Shown in pieces: positions 44,660 through 53,671 of a stretch of 64,000 nucleotides of DNA. Origin of the DNA: Gemmatimonas sp. (GTDB taxonomy: Bacteria; Gemmatimonadota; Gemmatimonadetes; Gemmatimonadales; Gemmatimonadaceae); assembly GCA_031414535.1 (NCBI GenBank), contig JANNVQ010000029.1, positions 96,001-160,000 of the forward strand, read 5' to 3'. A program made the translations under genes and the position numbers. Each line of letters begins with the position of its first letter. The first letter of the stretch is position 1. The notes below the pieces were generated by a model. The model had not been told where the DNA came from. It worked only from the letters and a program-made list of their open reading frames with translations, and did no database searches.

Positions 44660-46890
44660 CACACGTCATGCAGCGTTTCACAGGCGCTCTTGGCAACCGC
44701 TACCGCATCGTGCGCGAGCTGGGCCAAGGCGGCATGGCCACCGTCTACCTCGCGCGCGACGTAAAGCACGAGCGCGACGTCGCCATCAAGGTGCTTCGCG
44801 ATGATGTCGCGGCCTCCGTAGGCCGCGACCGCTTCCTGCGCGAGATTCAACTCGCCGCCAAGCTGACTCACCCGCACATCCTGCCCCTGTACGACTCGGG
44901 CGACGCCGACGGCGCGTTGTTTTACGTGATGCCCGTGGTGCAGGGCTCCTCGCTGCGCGAGCGACTGATCGCCGAGCCGCAACTGCCTTTGGCGGAGGCC
45001 GTGCGCATTGCCAGCGAAGTGGCCGGCGCGCTCGACCACGCGCACCGACTCGGCATTATTCATCGCGACATCAAGCCCGAGAACATCCTGCTGCAGAACG
45101 GGCACGTCCTCGTGGCCGACTTCGGCATCGGCAAGGCACTAAGCGACGCGCCCGGCAACACGCTCACGCAGGTGGGAATGAGCGTGGGCACGCCGGCCTA
45201 CATGAGTCCCGAGCAGGCAGTCGGTGAGGAAGTGGATGGCCGCAGTGATCTCTACAGCTTGGGCTGCGTGTTGTACGAGATGATCGTCGGCGAACAACCG
45301 TTCACTGGGCCCACGGTACAAGCGGTGATTGCGAAGCGGTTTGTGCAAACGCCAGTCGAGGTGGCGGCGCTGCGCGAAGGGGTTCCAGGACCGGTCTCAC
45401 GCACGGTGCAGCGGGCGCTCGCGCGGGTGGCGGTGGACCGACACGAGAGCGCAGCACTCTTCATCACGGCGCTGAACGAGCGCGAGGACAGTACGGCAAC
45501 GCTCGCCACACCGGCGCAATCGCTCGCGATTCTGCCGTTCGAGAACCTGAGCGCGGATCCGGACAATCAGTACTTCGCCGACGGAATCGCCGACGACATT
45601 CTCGATGCGCTGGTGCAGATTGACGGATTGCACGTGGCCGCTCGCGCCTCGGCCTTTTCGTTTCGCGGCAAACAGGACGCGCTGGCGGAGATTGGGCGCG
45701 CGTTAAACGTGGCCACGGTGCTGCAGGGAAGCCTGCGTCGCTCAGGCAATCGCATGCGTCTCGCCGTGCAGTTGATCTCCGTGCGCGATGGCTATCATCT
45801 CTGGTCGGAACGCTTCGATCGTGAACTGGTGGATGTGTTCGCGGTGCAGGACGAGATCGCCGCGGCGATCGCCGAGAAATTGCGCGTCACGTTTGTGGCG
45901 CCGGCGCAACCGGTCGGCAAGGCGACCACCGCTGAGATTGAAGCGTTTGAACTGGTGGCCAAGGGGCGTGCGCTGCTGGCGTTGCGCGGCGCGAGCATGC
46001 TGGAGGCGCGGACCTGTCTTGAGCGCGCCATCGAACTGGACCCGCAGAACGCGGACGCCTTCGCCGCGCTGGGCGAGACACTGCGCAGCTTCGTGACCTA
46101 CGGAGTGATGCCCGTGGCCGAGGGGCGCCCGCTCGCGAAGGCGGCACTCACGCGAGCGCTGGAGCTCGCGCCTGACAGTGCCAGCACGATGGGCGCGTTG
46201 GGGAATGTCAGTTTCTCTCTCGACCACGATACGGACGCCGCGTTCGTCTGGTGGGAGCGGGCGCTGGCGCTCCAGCCGCGGCTCTCGGAGGTCCGCGTCC
46301 TCTATGCGATGAACGGCCTGATCCTGATACGTCACGACGACACCCGTGGCATCGCGGAGCTGGCGCGCGCCGTGCACGATGATCCGCGCAGCGTCTTCTG
46401 TGCGTGCCTCCACGCCAACGGGCTCATCGCGACCGGTCGACCTGCCGATGCGATTGCGGAGATTGAGCGCGCCGTTGCACTGGCGCCCACTGCCTTTCTG
46501 CCGCTCTATCTTCGCGTCTTTATCCGGGCGTGGGCCGGCGACGTTGACGGTGCCCTGGCGGCGGTGAAGCGGGCATCCGCGGTCGTCGGCCGCAGCGCGT
46601 ATGTGTTGGCTGGCGCGCCGAGCGCGTATGTGCAGCGCGGCGAGCGGGCGCTAGCCGAGGCGGTCTACGTCGAACTGCAGGCGCGCGCCCAGACCGAAGA
46701 AGTGTCGCGGTTCATCCTCTCGTTCGCGGCAGACGCACTCGGTCGCACCGACGAGGCGATTGCGTATGCCATCGAGTCGGTGGAGCGATGTGACAACCAG
46801 GGGCCGTATTGGACACGCGACGCCTTCTTCAGTGATGCACTGCGCGCGCACCCGCGGTATCCGGAACTGCTGAAGGCGATTGGCTTGTGA
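44656..46890 (+). CDS. Ser/Thr protein kinase 2 (kinase-TolB_N-like-TPR; no obvious TM)
   Basis: GQGGMATV, HRDIKPEN, DFG, SLAILPFEN..YFADGIA. Its GTG overlaps the previous stop codon (GTGA). Confidence 0.92.
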   Translation: MTHVMQRFTGALGNRYRIVRELGQGGMATVYLARDVKHERDVAIKVLRDDVAASVGRDRFLREIQLAAKLTHPHILPLYDSGDADGALFYVMPVVQGSSLRERLIAEPQLPLAEAVRIASEVAGALDHAHRLGIIHRDIKPENILLQNGHVLVADFGIGKALSDAPGNTLTQVGMSVGTPAYMSPEQAVGEEVDGRSDLYSLGCVLYEMIVGEQPFTGPTVQAVIAKRFVQTPVEVAALREGVPGPVSRTVQRALARVAVDRHESAALFITALNEREDSTATLATPAQSLAILPFENLSADPDNQYFADGIADDILDALVQIDGLHVAARASAFSFRGKQDALAEIGRALNVATVLQGSLRRSGNRMRLAVQLISVRDGYHLWSERFDRELVDVFAVQDEIAAAIAEKLRVTFVAPAQPVGKATTAEIEAFELVAKGRALLALRGASMLEARTCLERAIELDPQNADAFAALGETLRSFVTYGVMPVAEGRPLAKAALTRALELAPDSASTMGALGNVSFSLDHDTDAAFVWWERALALQPRLSEVRVLYAMNGLILIRHDDTRGIAELARAVHDDPRSVFCACLHANGLIATGRPADAIAEIERAVALAPTAFLPLYLRVFIRAWAGDVDGALAAVKRASAVVGRSAYVLAGAPSAYVQRGERALAEAVYVELQARAQTEEVSRFILSFAADALGRTDEAIAYAIESVERCDNQGPYWTRDAFFSDALRAHPRYPELLKAIGL

Positions 46891-46912
46891 ACGACCACAC
46901 GAAATCCATCGT

Positions 46913-49570
46913 ATGAATGCAACGCAGGAACGTCTCGCGGCGGCCCTTGCCGACCGCTACCGCATCGAGCGTGAGCTCGGCGCCGGCGGGATGGCCACCG
47001 TCTACTTGGCGCACGACCTTAAGCACGATCGCGATGTAGCCATCAAGGTGTTGCACCCGGATCTCGGCGCCGCGCTCGGCGGTGAGCGCTTCTTAGCCGA
47101 GATCCGCACGACGGCGCGCTTGCAGCATCCGCATATCCTCCCGCTGCTCGACAGCGGTGAGGCGGATGCGCTGCTCTACTACGTGATGCCGCTCGTGACC
47201 GGCGAGACGCTGCGCGCGCGGCTCGAGCGCGAGAAGCAACTGCCGATCGCCGAAGCCGTGCGCATCGCGCGCGAAGTGGCGAGCGCGCTCGACTACGCGC
47301 ATCGGCAGCACGTGATTCACCGCGACATCAAGCCGGAGAACATCCTCCTGCATGATGGTAGCGCACTCGTCGCCGACTTTGGCATCGCCCTCGCGGTGCA
47401 GAGTGCGGGCGGCGCGCGCATGACGCAAACGGGACTCTCGCTTGGCACGCCGCAGTACATGAGCCCAGAGCAGGCGATGGGCGAGCGCGCCATTGATGCG
47501 CGCAGCGACATCTATGCGCTCGGTGCCGTGACCTACGAGATGCTCGCCGGGGATGCGCCATTCACCGGCAGCAGCGTGCAGGCCATCGTGGCCAAGGTGC
47601 TCAACAGCGAGCCCGAACGACTGTCGATGCTGCGGAAGACCATTCCGCCGCACGTCGAAGCGGCGGTGCTCACCGCGCTGGCCAAGTTGCCGGCCGATCG
47701 GTTTGCGAGTGCGGCCGAGTTTGCCGCGGCGCTGGCGACGGCGAATGGGTCGCCGGTCAGCGGTGCCACGACAGCGCCGGCACCGGGCCGCGCGCGGCGT
47801 ACGACGGCCGCGATACTGCTGAGCGCGGCCATGCTCATCGCCATCACCGCCGCTGCGACGTGGATGCTGGCGAGGCCGAGTGGAAACGGTGCAGCGCCCT
47901 CCGAAGTGGTGACGCGATTCACCATCGAAGGCACGAGCAACGTGACGTTGCAGAACCGCCTATTTGCGCTCTCCCCCGATGGCCGCACCTTGGTGATGTG
48001 GCAGTTCACCGCCAACCTCAGAAACCGACTGTTCCTGCGCCAGCTCGACCAGCTGGACATGACGCCTCTTGCCGGGGGCAGCAACGGAGCCGATCCGACG
48101 TTCTCGCCCGACGGTCGCTGGATCGCCTTTGTGGGGGAACGCCAGCTCTTCAAGGTGGCCGTGTCCGGCGGCGATCCGATTCGCGTTGCCACGCTGCCGC
48201 TGCAGCCCCAGGGCATCACGTGGACGACTGGTGGCGACATCGTGTACGCCGTGCAGTCCGACTCGCTGTTCGCGGTGAAGGAAACGGGCGGGGTACCCCG
48301 CGCGATTGCCGCGGCGCCGGCGGGCGCCGTGGCGCGTTGGCCCATTGCGCTGGCACAGTCGAACGTGGTGCTTTTCACGGCTAACTCCCGTACGGGCGAC
48401 TCTGTGCGTGTGCTCGCGCTTTCTCTCGCGGACGGAACAGTCAGCGACGTGGGAACCGATGCCTATATGGTGGTGGGAGTTGCCCGCGGCCATCTGGTGT
48501 ATCTGAGTCGCACCGGTGAGATCTTTGCCGCGCCATTCAACGTGCGTACGAACACCGTCACGGGCCGCGGCGAACTGATGGGCGGCGGCGTGAAGATGAC
48601 CCCCAGTGGCACGGGACTGGGCTACGCGGTGATGTCAGCGTCGGGTGACTTGGTGTACATCAATGAGAAATCCGCTGGGCTGCTGACGTATCGCGATCCG
48701 CAGGGCCGACTCGCACCGGCACTGCCGGACACGCTGGCCTTTGAGCACCCGCGCTTCTCACCCGACGCTCGTCGCCTCGTGGTGACGGTGAGCGATAGTG
48801 CCACGCGACGTGGCACGCTCAGCCTGCTCGACCGTTCCAACGGATTCTTCACGCCACTTGCCGGACAGGACCGACAGGCTGGACGTGATCGCGCCGAGTG
48901 GACACCCGATGGTCGGAGCATACTCTTCCGCTCGCTCACCGACTCGTTGCGGAGCGCGATGCTGCGCTCGGCCGATGGCAGTGGTACCGATACGCTACTC
49001 TTGCGGGCGAGAAGCGTCGTGTACGAAGTGGTGATGGCACCCGATGGCCAGACGATTCTTGGCCGTGTCCAGAACGACGCGGCCGATCGCGCCCAGGGTG
49101 TGTTCTGGTGGACACGCGGTGACAGCACGCTGCGCTCGTTGCCGCACGTGACGACGGATGGTGGCACGATGACCGGTGCCCGTCTCTCGCCCGATGGAAA
49201 ATGGATCGCGATGAGCGCGGACGCCGAAAGACACGTGTACGTCGCGCCCTTCCCGGGCCCCGGCCCCCAGGTGCGTATCGACCGCGCCGGTGGTGGCCCG
49301 CCGGTGTGGGCGCGCGACGGTCGCAGCCTCTACTACGTCACGCCGAGCGGCCTGGTGGCCACGACCCTCGATCTCTCGGCGGGGGTTAAGGTGGGCAGCA
49401 CGCTAACACTACTCGGCCCCGAGTTCGTGTCCAACGATGTCACGCATGCACCCTTCGACGTGGGGCCCGATGGCACGATCGTGTTCGTGCGGCAGACGCG
49501 ATTCCCGAGGCTGGTGGTGGTGCGCAACTTCGCGGCGGAGATTGGGCGCGCTCAGGCGGCGGGGAAGTAG
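46913..49570 (+). CDS. Ser/Thr protein kinase 3 (kinase-TM-PD40/TolB-like beta-propellers)
   Basis: Hanks kinase motifs intact; TM helix; repeated (F/W)SPDG blades. Confidence 0.93.
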   Translation: MNATQERLAAALADRYRIERELGAGGMATVYLAHDLKHDRDVAIKVLHPDLGAALGGERFLAEIRTTARLQHPHILPLLDSGEADALLYYVMPLVTGETLRARLEREKQLPIAEAVRIAREVASALDYAHRQHVIHRDIKPENILLHDGSALVADFGIALAVQSAGGARMTQTGLSLGTPQYMSPEQAMGERAIDARSDIYALGAVTYEMLAGDAPFTGSSVQAIVAKVLNSEPERLSMLRKTIPPHVEAAVLTALAKLPADRFASAAEFAAALATANGSPVSGATTAPAPGRARRTTAAILLSAAMLIAITAAATWMLARPSGNGAAPSEVVTRFTIEGTSNVTLQNRLFALSPDGRTLVMWQFTANLRNRLFLRQLDQLDMTPLAGGSNGADPTFSPDGRWIAFVGERQLFKVAVSGGDPIRVATLPLQPQGITWTTGGDIVYAVQSDSLFAVKETGGVPRAIAAAPAGAVARWPIALAQSNVVLFTANSRTGDSVRVLALSLADGTVSDVGTDAYMVVGVARGHLVYLSRTGEIFAAPFNVRTNTVTGRGELMGGGVKMTPSGTGLGYAVMSASGDLVYINEKSAGLLTYRDPQGRLAPALPDTLAFEHPRFSPDARRLVVTVSDSATRRGTLSLLDRSNGFFTPLAGQDRQAGRDRAEWTPDGRSILFRSLTDSLRSAMLRSADGSGTDTLLLRARSVVYEVVMAPDGQTILGRVQNDAADRAQGVFWWTRGDSTLRSLPHVTTDGGTMTGARLSPDGKWIAMSADAERHVYVAPFPGPGPQVRIDRAGGGPPVWARDGRSLYYVTPSGLVATTLDLSAGVKVGSTLTLLGPEFVSNDVTHAPFDVGPDGTIVFVRQTRFPRLVVVRNFAAEIGRAQAAGK

Positions 49571-49596
49571 GGGATGCGCCGTCACGAACATCGCGC

Positions 49597-50007
49597 CTAC
49601 GGCACCAACGACACCAAGCGGTTCTGTGCCGTGCGCACCGCGCCGAAATGACGCCGGTCGGTGGTGAGGATCTCGCGCGCATCGAGTCGTTCGGCAACGG
49701 CAATCACCGTCGCATCAACGAAGCCCAAGGGGAAGTTGAGATACGTACGCATCAGCTCCGAAGCACGAATCACGTCGTCCGACTCCACCGGCTCGATGAT
49801 CAACTCGCCGTCCGCCACCGATTGCACGAAGGCCTGCTCCGCCTGCGCACTGATGCGCGTTTGCAGCAAGTAGCACACTTCTGGTAGCACGGTGACCGGC
49901 ACGCGCACCTGACGCGCCTGCGCGGTCCACCACGCGGTGACTCGCTCGTGCCACGCGTCACTACGATCGATCAACGCATACAGGGGACCGGTGTCGGCGA
50001 TGACCAT
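49597..50007 (-). CDS. vapC: PIN-domain (VapC-type) toxin
   Basis: IADTGPLYA, TVLPEV, LGFVDA and ILTTDRRHF provide the acidic PIN residues. Confidence 0.9.
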   Translation of the reverse strand: MVIADTGPLYALIDRSDAWHERVTAWWTAQARQVRVPVTVLPEVCYLLQTRISAQAEQAFVQSVADGELIIEPVESDDVIRASELMRTYLNFPLGFVDATVIAVAERLDAREILTTDRRHFGAVRTAQNRLVSLVP

Positions 50008-50255
50008 CAGCCGTGCGGATCTTTCCAGAGCAGGGTGTCCACCTGCTCTGATGTATTGCTCACGCCACTCGCAAACTGCCCGGCGATGGAGGGCAACGGC
50101 GACGGCGCGCCCGGAGCGGCGAGATACATCGCCACGGCCTCGCGAACCAGAGACGCCGTACTCACGCCCGTGCGCTGCGCGACTCGATGCAACTGGAGCA
50201 TCATTTGGTCATCGAAGAACACCGTGGTGCGTTTCATGACATATATATGGCGCAT
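50007..50255 (-). CDS. Ribbon-helix-helix (CopG-like) antitoxin
   Basis: MKRTTVFFDD..LHRVAQRTGVSTASLVREAV; its stop overlaps the toxin ATG. Start is 50255 or 50237. Confidence 0.85.
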   Translation of the reverse strand: MRHIYVMKRTTVFFDDQMMLQLHRVAQRTGVSTASLVREAVAMYLAAPGAPSPLPSIAGQFASGVSNTSEQVDTLLWKDPHG

Positions 50256-50309
50256 ATGCGCATCATAGTCAAGGCTGCGATGATGTGCGAATCTTACTCG
50301 CCATTTTAA

Positions 50310-50333
50310 GACTATAGTCATTGACTATAGTCA
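50310..50333. promoter_or_regulatory. Tandem palindromic operator (GACTATAGTC x2) upstream of the Phd/YefM-VapC promoter
   Basis: GACTATAGTC at 50310-50319 and TGACTATAGTCA at 50322-50333; -10 element TATACT at 50341-50346. Confidence 0.75.
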
Positions 50334-50352
50334 TGAGTTATATACTTATATA

Positions 50353-50610
50353 ATGCCCACCAAGCCCACTGAGACCATCGCCATCTCCGAGTTCAAGGCC
50401 ACCTGCCTGGCCGTCCTCGAACGCGTACGCCGCACCGGCGCGTCCATCGTTGTCACCAAGCGCGGCGAGCCGATTGCTGAGATCAACCCGCCTTCGCCGG
50501 CGAGCACCGGTGAGCAGTGGCTCGGGTCGATGAGCGGCACCGCCACGATGGCGGACGATCTGATTGCGCCCGCCAGTGCCTCCACCGACTGGGACGCGCT
50601 CGGCACGTGA
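50353..50610 (+). CDS. Phd/YefM-family antitoxin
   Basis: IAISEFKATCLAVLERV..IVVTKRGEPIAEI. Confidence 0.92.
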   Translation: MPTKPTETIAISEFKATCLAVLERVRRTGASIVVTKRGEPIAEINPPSPASTGEQWLGSMSGTATMADDLIAPASASTDWDALGT

Positions 50611-51005
50611 AGAAGCTCTTACTCGATACCCACATCTGGCTTTGGGCACTGCTAGATCCCGCCCGCCTCTCACCGGCGGTCCGAGCCGAACTTGCGTCCG
50701 CCGAGAACGAGATTTGGCTCTCACCAATCAGTGTGTGGGAAGCGATATTGCTCGCCGAGCGCGGGCGTGTGCGCGTTGACACGACGCCCGCGGAGTGGGT
50801 GGCGCGTATGGTGAGCGCACTCCCGCGACGCGAAGCGCCGCTGACGCACGACATCGCGGTCGCCAGTCGGCTGCTTACGCTCGTGCACGAGGATCCGGCG
50901 GATCGGTTCCTCGCGGCGACGGCGCAGGTGCTGGGTCTCACGCTGGTCACCGCCGACGCGCGGCTCATTGCATCCACGGAGTTTGCAGTAATGGCGAATC
51001 GATGA
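50607..51005 (+). CDS. vapC: PIN-domain (VapC-type) toxin
   Basis: MKKLLLDTHIWLW, SPISVWE, HEDPADRFL and LVTAD. Its GTG overlaps the antitoxin stop codon. Confidence 0.92.
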   Translation: MKKLLLDTHIWLWALLDPARLSPAVRAELASAENEIWLSPISVWEAILLAERGRVRVDTTPAEWVARMVSALPRREAPLTHDIAVASRLLTLVHEDPADRFLAATAQVLGLTLVTADARLIASTEFAVMANR

Positions 51006-53671
51006 CCGACGTTCAATCGCGCCTCGCGGCGGCGCTGGCTGACCGGTATCGCATTGAGCGTGAACTCGGCCAAGGCGGGATGGCCACGGTCTATCTCGCG
51101 CGCGACCTCAAGCACGACCGTCAAGTCGCGTTGAAGGTCCTGCGCCCAGAACTCTCGGCAGTGATCGGCGCCGAGCGTTTCTTGGTGGAGATCAAGACGA
51201 CGGCGAACCTGCAACATCCGCACATCCTCGCGCTCTACGACTCGGGCCAGGTGGACGGCACTGTTTTTTACGTGATGCCCTTTGTGGCAGGCGAATCGCT
51301 GCGCGACCGACTCGCGCGCGAGAAGCAGTTGCCCGTCGCCGATGCGCTGCGCATCGCGTCAGAGATTGCGAGCGCGCTCGACTATGCGCATCGGCAGGGC
51401 GTGATCCATCGCGACATCAAGCCGGAGAACATCCTGCTGCACGATGGCCGCGCTCTTGTGGCCGACTTCGGCATCGCGCTGGCCGCGAGCCGCGGCGATG
51501 GCAGCTCGCGGATGACCGAGACGGGAATGAGCCTCGGCACGCCGCACTACATGAGCCCCGAGCAGGCACTCGGCGAGAGGAACCTCGATGCGCGCTCGGA
51601 TGTGTACGCGCTTGGTTGCGTATTGCACGAGATGCTCGCGGGCGAGCCGCCGTTCACGGGGCCCAATGCGCAGGCGGTGATTGCGCGGGTGATGAACTCC
51701 GCACCCGAGCCGGTGACGGCGCTGCGGAAGTCGGTGCCGGATGCGGTGGCCGATGCGATTCTCACGGCGCTGGAGAAGTTGCCGGCGGATCGGTTCGCGA
51801 GCGCGGCGGAGTTCGCGGCGGCATTGAGTGCCGATGGCGCGTCGGGTGCGCACCATACGTCGAGGACGCGCGCGCGTGCATCTGCTAAGACATCGAGAGG
51901 CTCGCGCGTGCTTTGGCCGGCCGCTTTTGTTGTTGCTGCGGTTGCGGCGGCGTGGGGTTGGATGCGCCCGAGCGAATCGGTGGAGTACCCGCCTTCGCGC
52001 CTTGCGATTCCAGCGCCTGGGCTGGGAGGGGGCAACGCAACTCTGCAGAGGATCATCGACATCTCGCCGGACGGGCGCACGCTGATCTACGTCGATGCCG
52101 CCGAAGCCGGCTCTCGTCTCGTGCGCCGGCGTCTCGAGAGCGCGGAGGCGACGCTGCTCACGGCAATTCCGACGGACTTCGCCGGCCCGGTGATCTCGCG
52201 CGACGCACGAGAGCTCGTGGCGACGCACATGGGGCTCTCCCAGATGTTCCGCTTCCCGATTGACGGGGGGAGCGGGAAGCCGCTTCCGCGCGAACTCGCC
52301 TGGTCGAACTACCTCACGTGGGGGGACGATGGATCACTCTGGACAACCCCGCAGAGCGATCGCGCGCGAGGAATCGTACGAATCGCACCGACCGACGAAG
52401 TCAGCTACCTATTCGACACTACGCTCGTCGGCTACAGCCTGCAGGACATTCTCCCAGGCGACCGCTACGGCCTCGCGGTGCGCAATCCTCTTGGCACCGC
52501 CTTCGGACCGGCGTCCGTCGTGGACCTCAAGAGCGGCGAGACTACGCCACTGCTCAGTGTGGACGTGGTGGAGATTCGATACACGCAGGGCCTGCTCGTC
52601 TACGTGCTCAATAGCGGCTCGCTTGAGGCCGTGCGATTCGACCCGCGCACACGGCGCACGAGTGGATCGCCGTTTGTGATTGCCTCCGATGTCTCACTCA
52701 CGGGTGGTGGACAAGCGCAGTTCGCGGTGGCCGACAATGGCACCGTCGTCTACGTGCCAGACAGTCCGCGATCGCTGGTGCTCGTTGACCGCGCTGGCAT
52801 TGCGCGCGTGGCTTTCAGTGAGGGGCGGAACTTCCACATTCCGCGATTCGCACCAGATGGTCGTCGCCTGCTCATCGATTTCACGACCGCCGACGGTCGC
52901 GACGTCTGGCAGCTCGACTTCGCGAGCGGCGCCATGTCGCGGGTGACCTTTGATCGCGACGGACACGATGCAACGTGGGAGCCGGATGGACAGCATCTGA
53001 CCTACGCCTCGGCCAACCGCGCTGGGGGGGCGCTGACGATATACCGGACTGCCGTGGGCCAGTCGGGGCAGGTGGACTCACTCTTCTCAAATGGCGCGGT
53101 CTCCTACACGGGCATATGGCTCCCAGACCGCAGCGCACTCGTAACCGTCGGCACCAGTCTCGCGGGTGACTCACGCTCCGACATCGCCATCGTGCGCAAT
53201 GGCGGGCGAGGCCCGGTGGAACTGTTGGTCGCGACACGATTCGAGGAACACTTCCCCTCGGTATCACCCGATGGCCGCTGGCTCGCCTACGTGTCGGACA
53301 AGTCAGGAACCTCAGACGTCTTCGTGCGGCCGCTTGACCGCGACGGCGAGGAGATTCGTGTCTCGCTCGCCGGCGGGAGCGAGCCGATGTGGGGCCCGGA
53401 TGGGCGCGAACTGTTTTATCGCGAGCCGGTGACGAAAGGCGTGATGCTCACGGCGGCGACACTCAGCCTCGCCCCGGCGCTCGCGGTGACGGCGCGCAAG
53501 CAGTTGTTCGACGTCACGCAGATGTCCACCACCGCGCCGCACTCGAACTACGATGTCTCGCCGGACGGTCGCAGCTTCGCGATGGTACGGCAGAATCCTT
53601 CGACGCGCATAATGGTGATTCAGAATCTTCCAGCGCTGGTGCAGCAGATGGAACGCGGGGAGCAGCGGTGA
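51002..53671 (+). CDS. Ser/Thr protein kinase 4 (kinase-TM-beta-propellers)
   Basis: MTDVQSRLAAALADRYRIERELGQGGMATV, HRDIKPEN, DFG. Its ATG overlaps the vapC stop codon (ATGA). Confidence 0.93.
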   Translation: MTDVQSRLAAALADRYRIERELGQGGMATVYLARDLKHDRQVALKVLRPELSAVIGAERFLVEIKTTANLQHPHILALYDSGQVDGTVFYVMPFVAGESLRDRLAREKQLPVADALRIASEIASALDYAHRQGVIHRDIKPENILLHDGRALVADFGIALAASRGDGSSRMTETGMSLGTPHYMSPEQALGERNLDARSDVYALGCVLHEMLAGEPPFTGPNAQAVIARVMNSAPEPVTALRKSVPDAVADAILTALEKLPADRFASAAEFAAALSADGASGAHHTSRTRARASAKTSRGSRVLWPAAFVVAAVAAAWGWMRPSESVEYPPSRLAIPAPGLGGGNATLQRIIDISPDGRTLIYVDAAEAGSRLVRRRLESAEATLLTAIPTDFAGPVISRDARELVATHMGLSQMFRFPIDGGSGKPLPRELAWSNYLTWGDDGSLWTTPQSDRARGIVRIAPTDEVSYLFDTTLVGYSLQDILPGDRYGLAVRNPLGTAFGPASVVDLKSGETTPLLSVDVVEIRYTQGLLVYVLNSGSLEAVRFDPRTRRTSGSPFVIASDVSLTGGGQAQFAVADNGTVVYVPDSPRSLVLVDRAGIARVAFSEGRNFHIPRFAPDGRRLLIDFTTADGRDVWQLDFASGAMSRVTFDRDGHDATWEPDGQHLTYASANRAGGALTIYRTAVGQSGQVDSLFSNGAVSYTGIWLPDRSALVTVGTSLAGDSRSDIAIVRNGGRGPVELLVATRFEEHFPSVSPDGRWLAYVSDKSGTSDVFVRPLDRDGEEIRVSLAGGSEPMWGPDGRELFYREPVTKGVMLTAATLSLAPALAVTARKQLFDVTQMSTTAPHSNYDVSPDGRSFAMVRQNPSTRIMVIQNLPALVQQMERGEQR

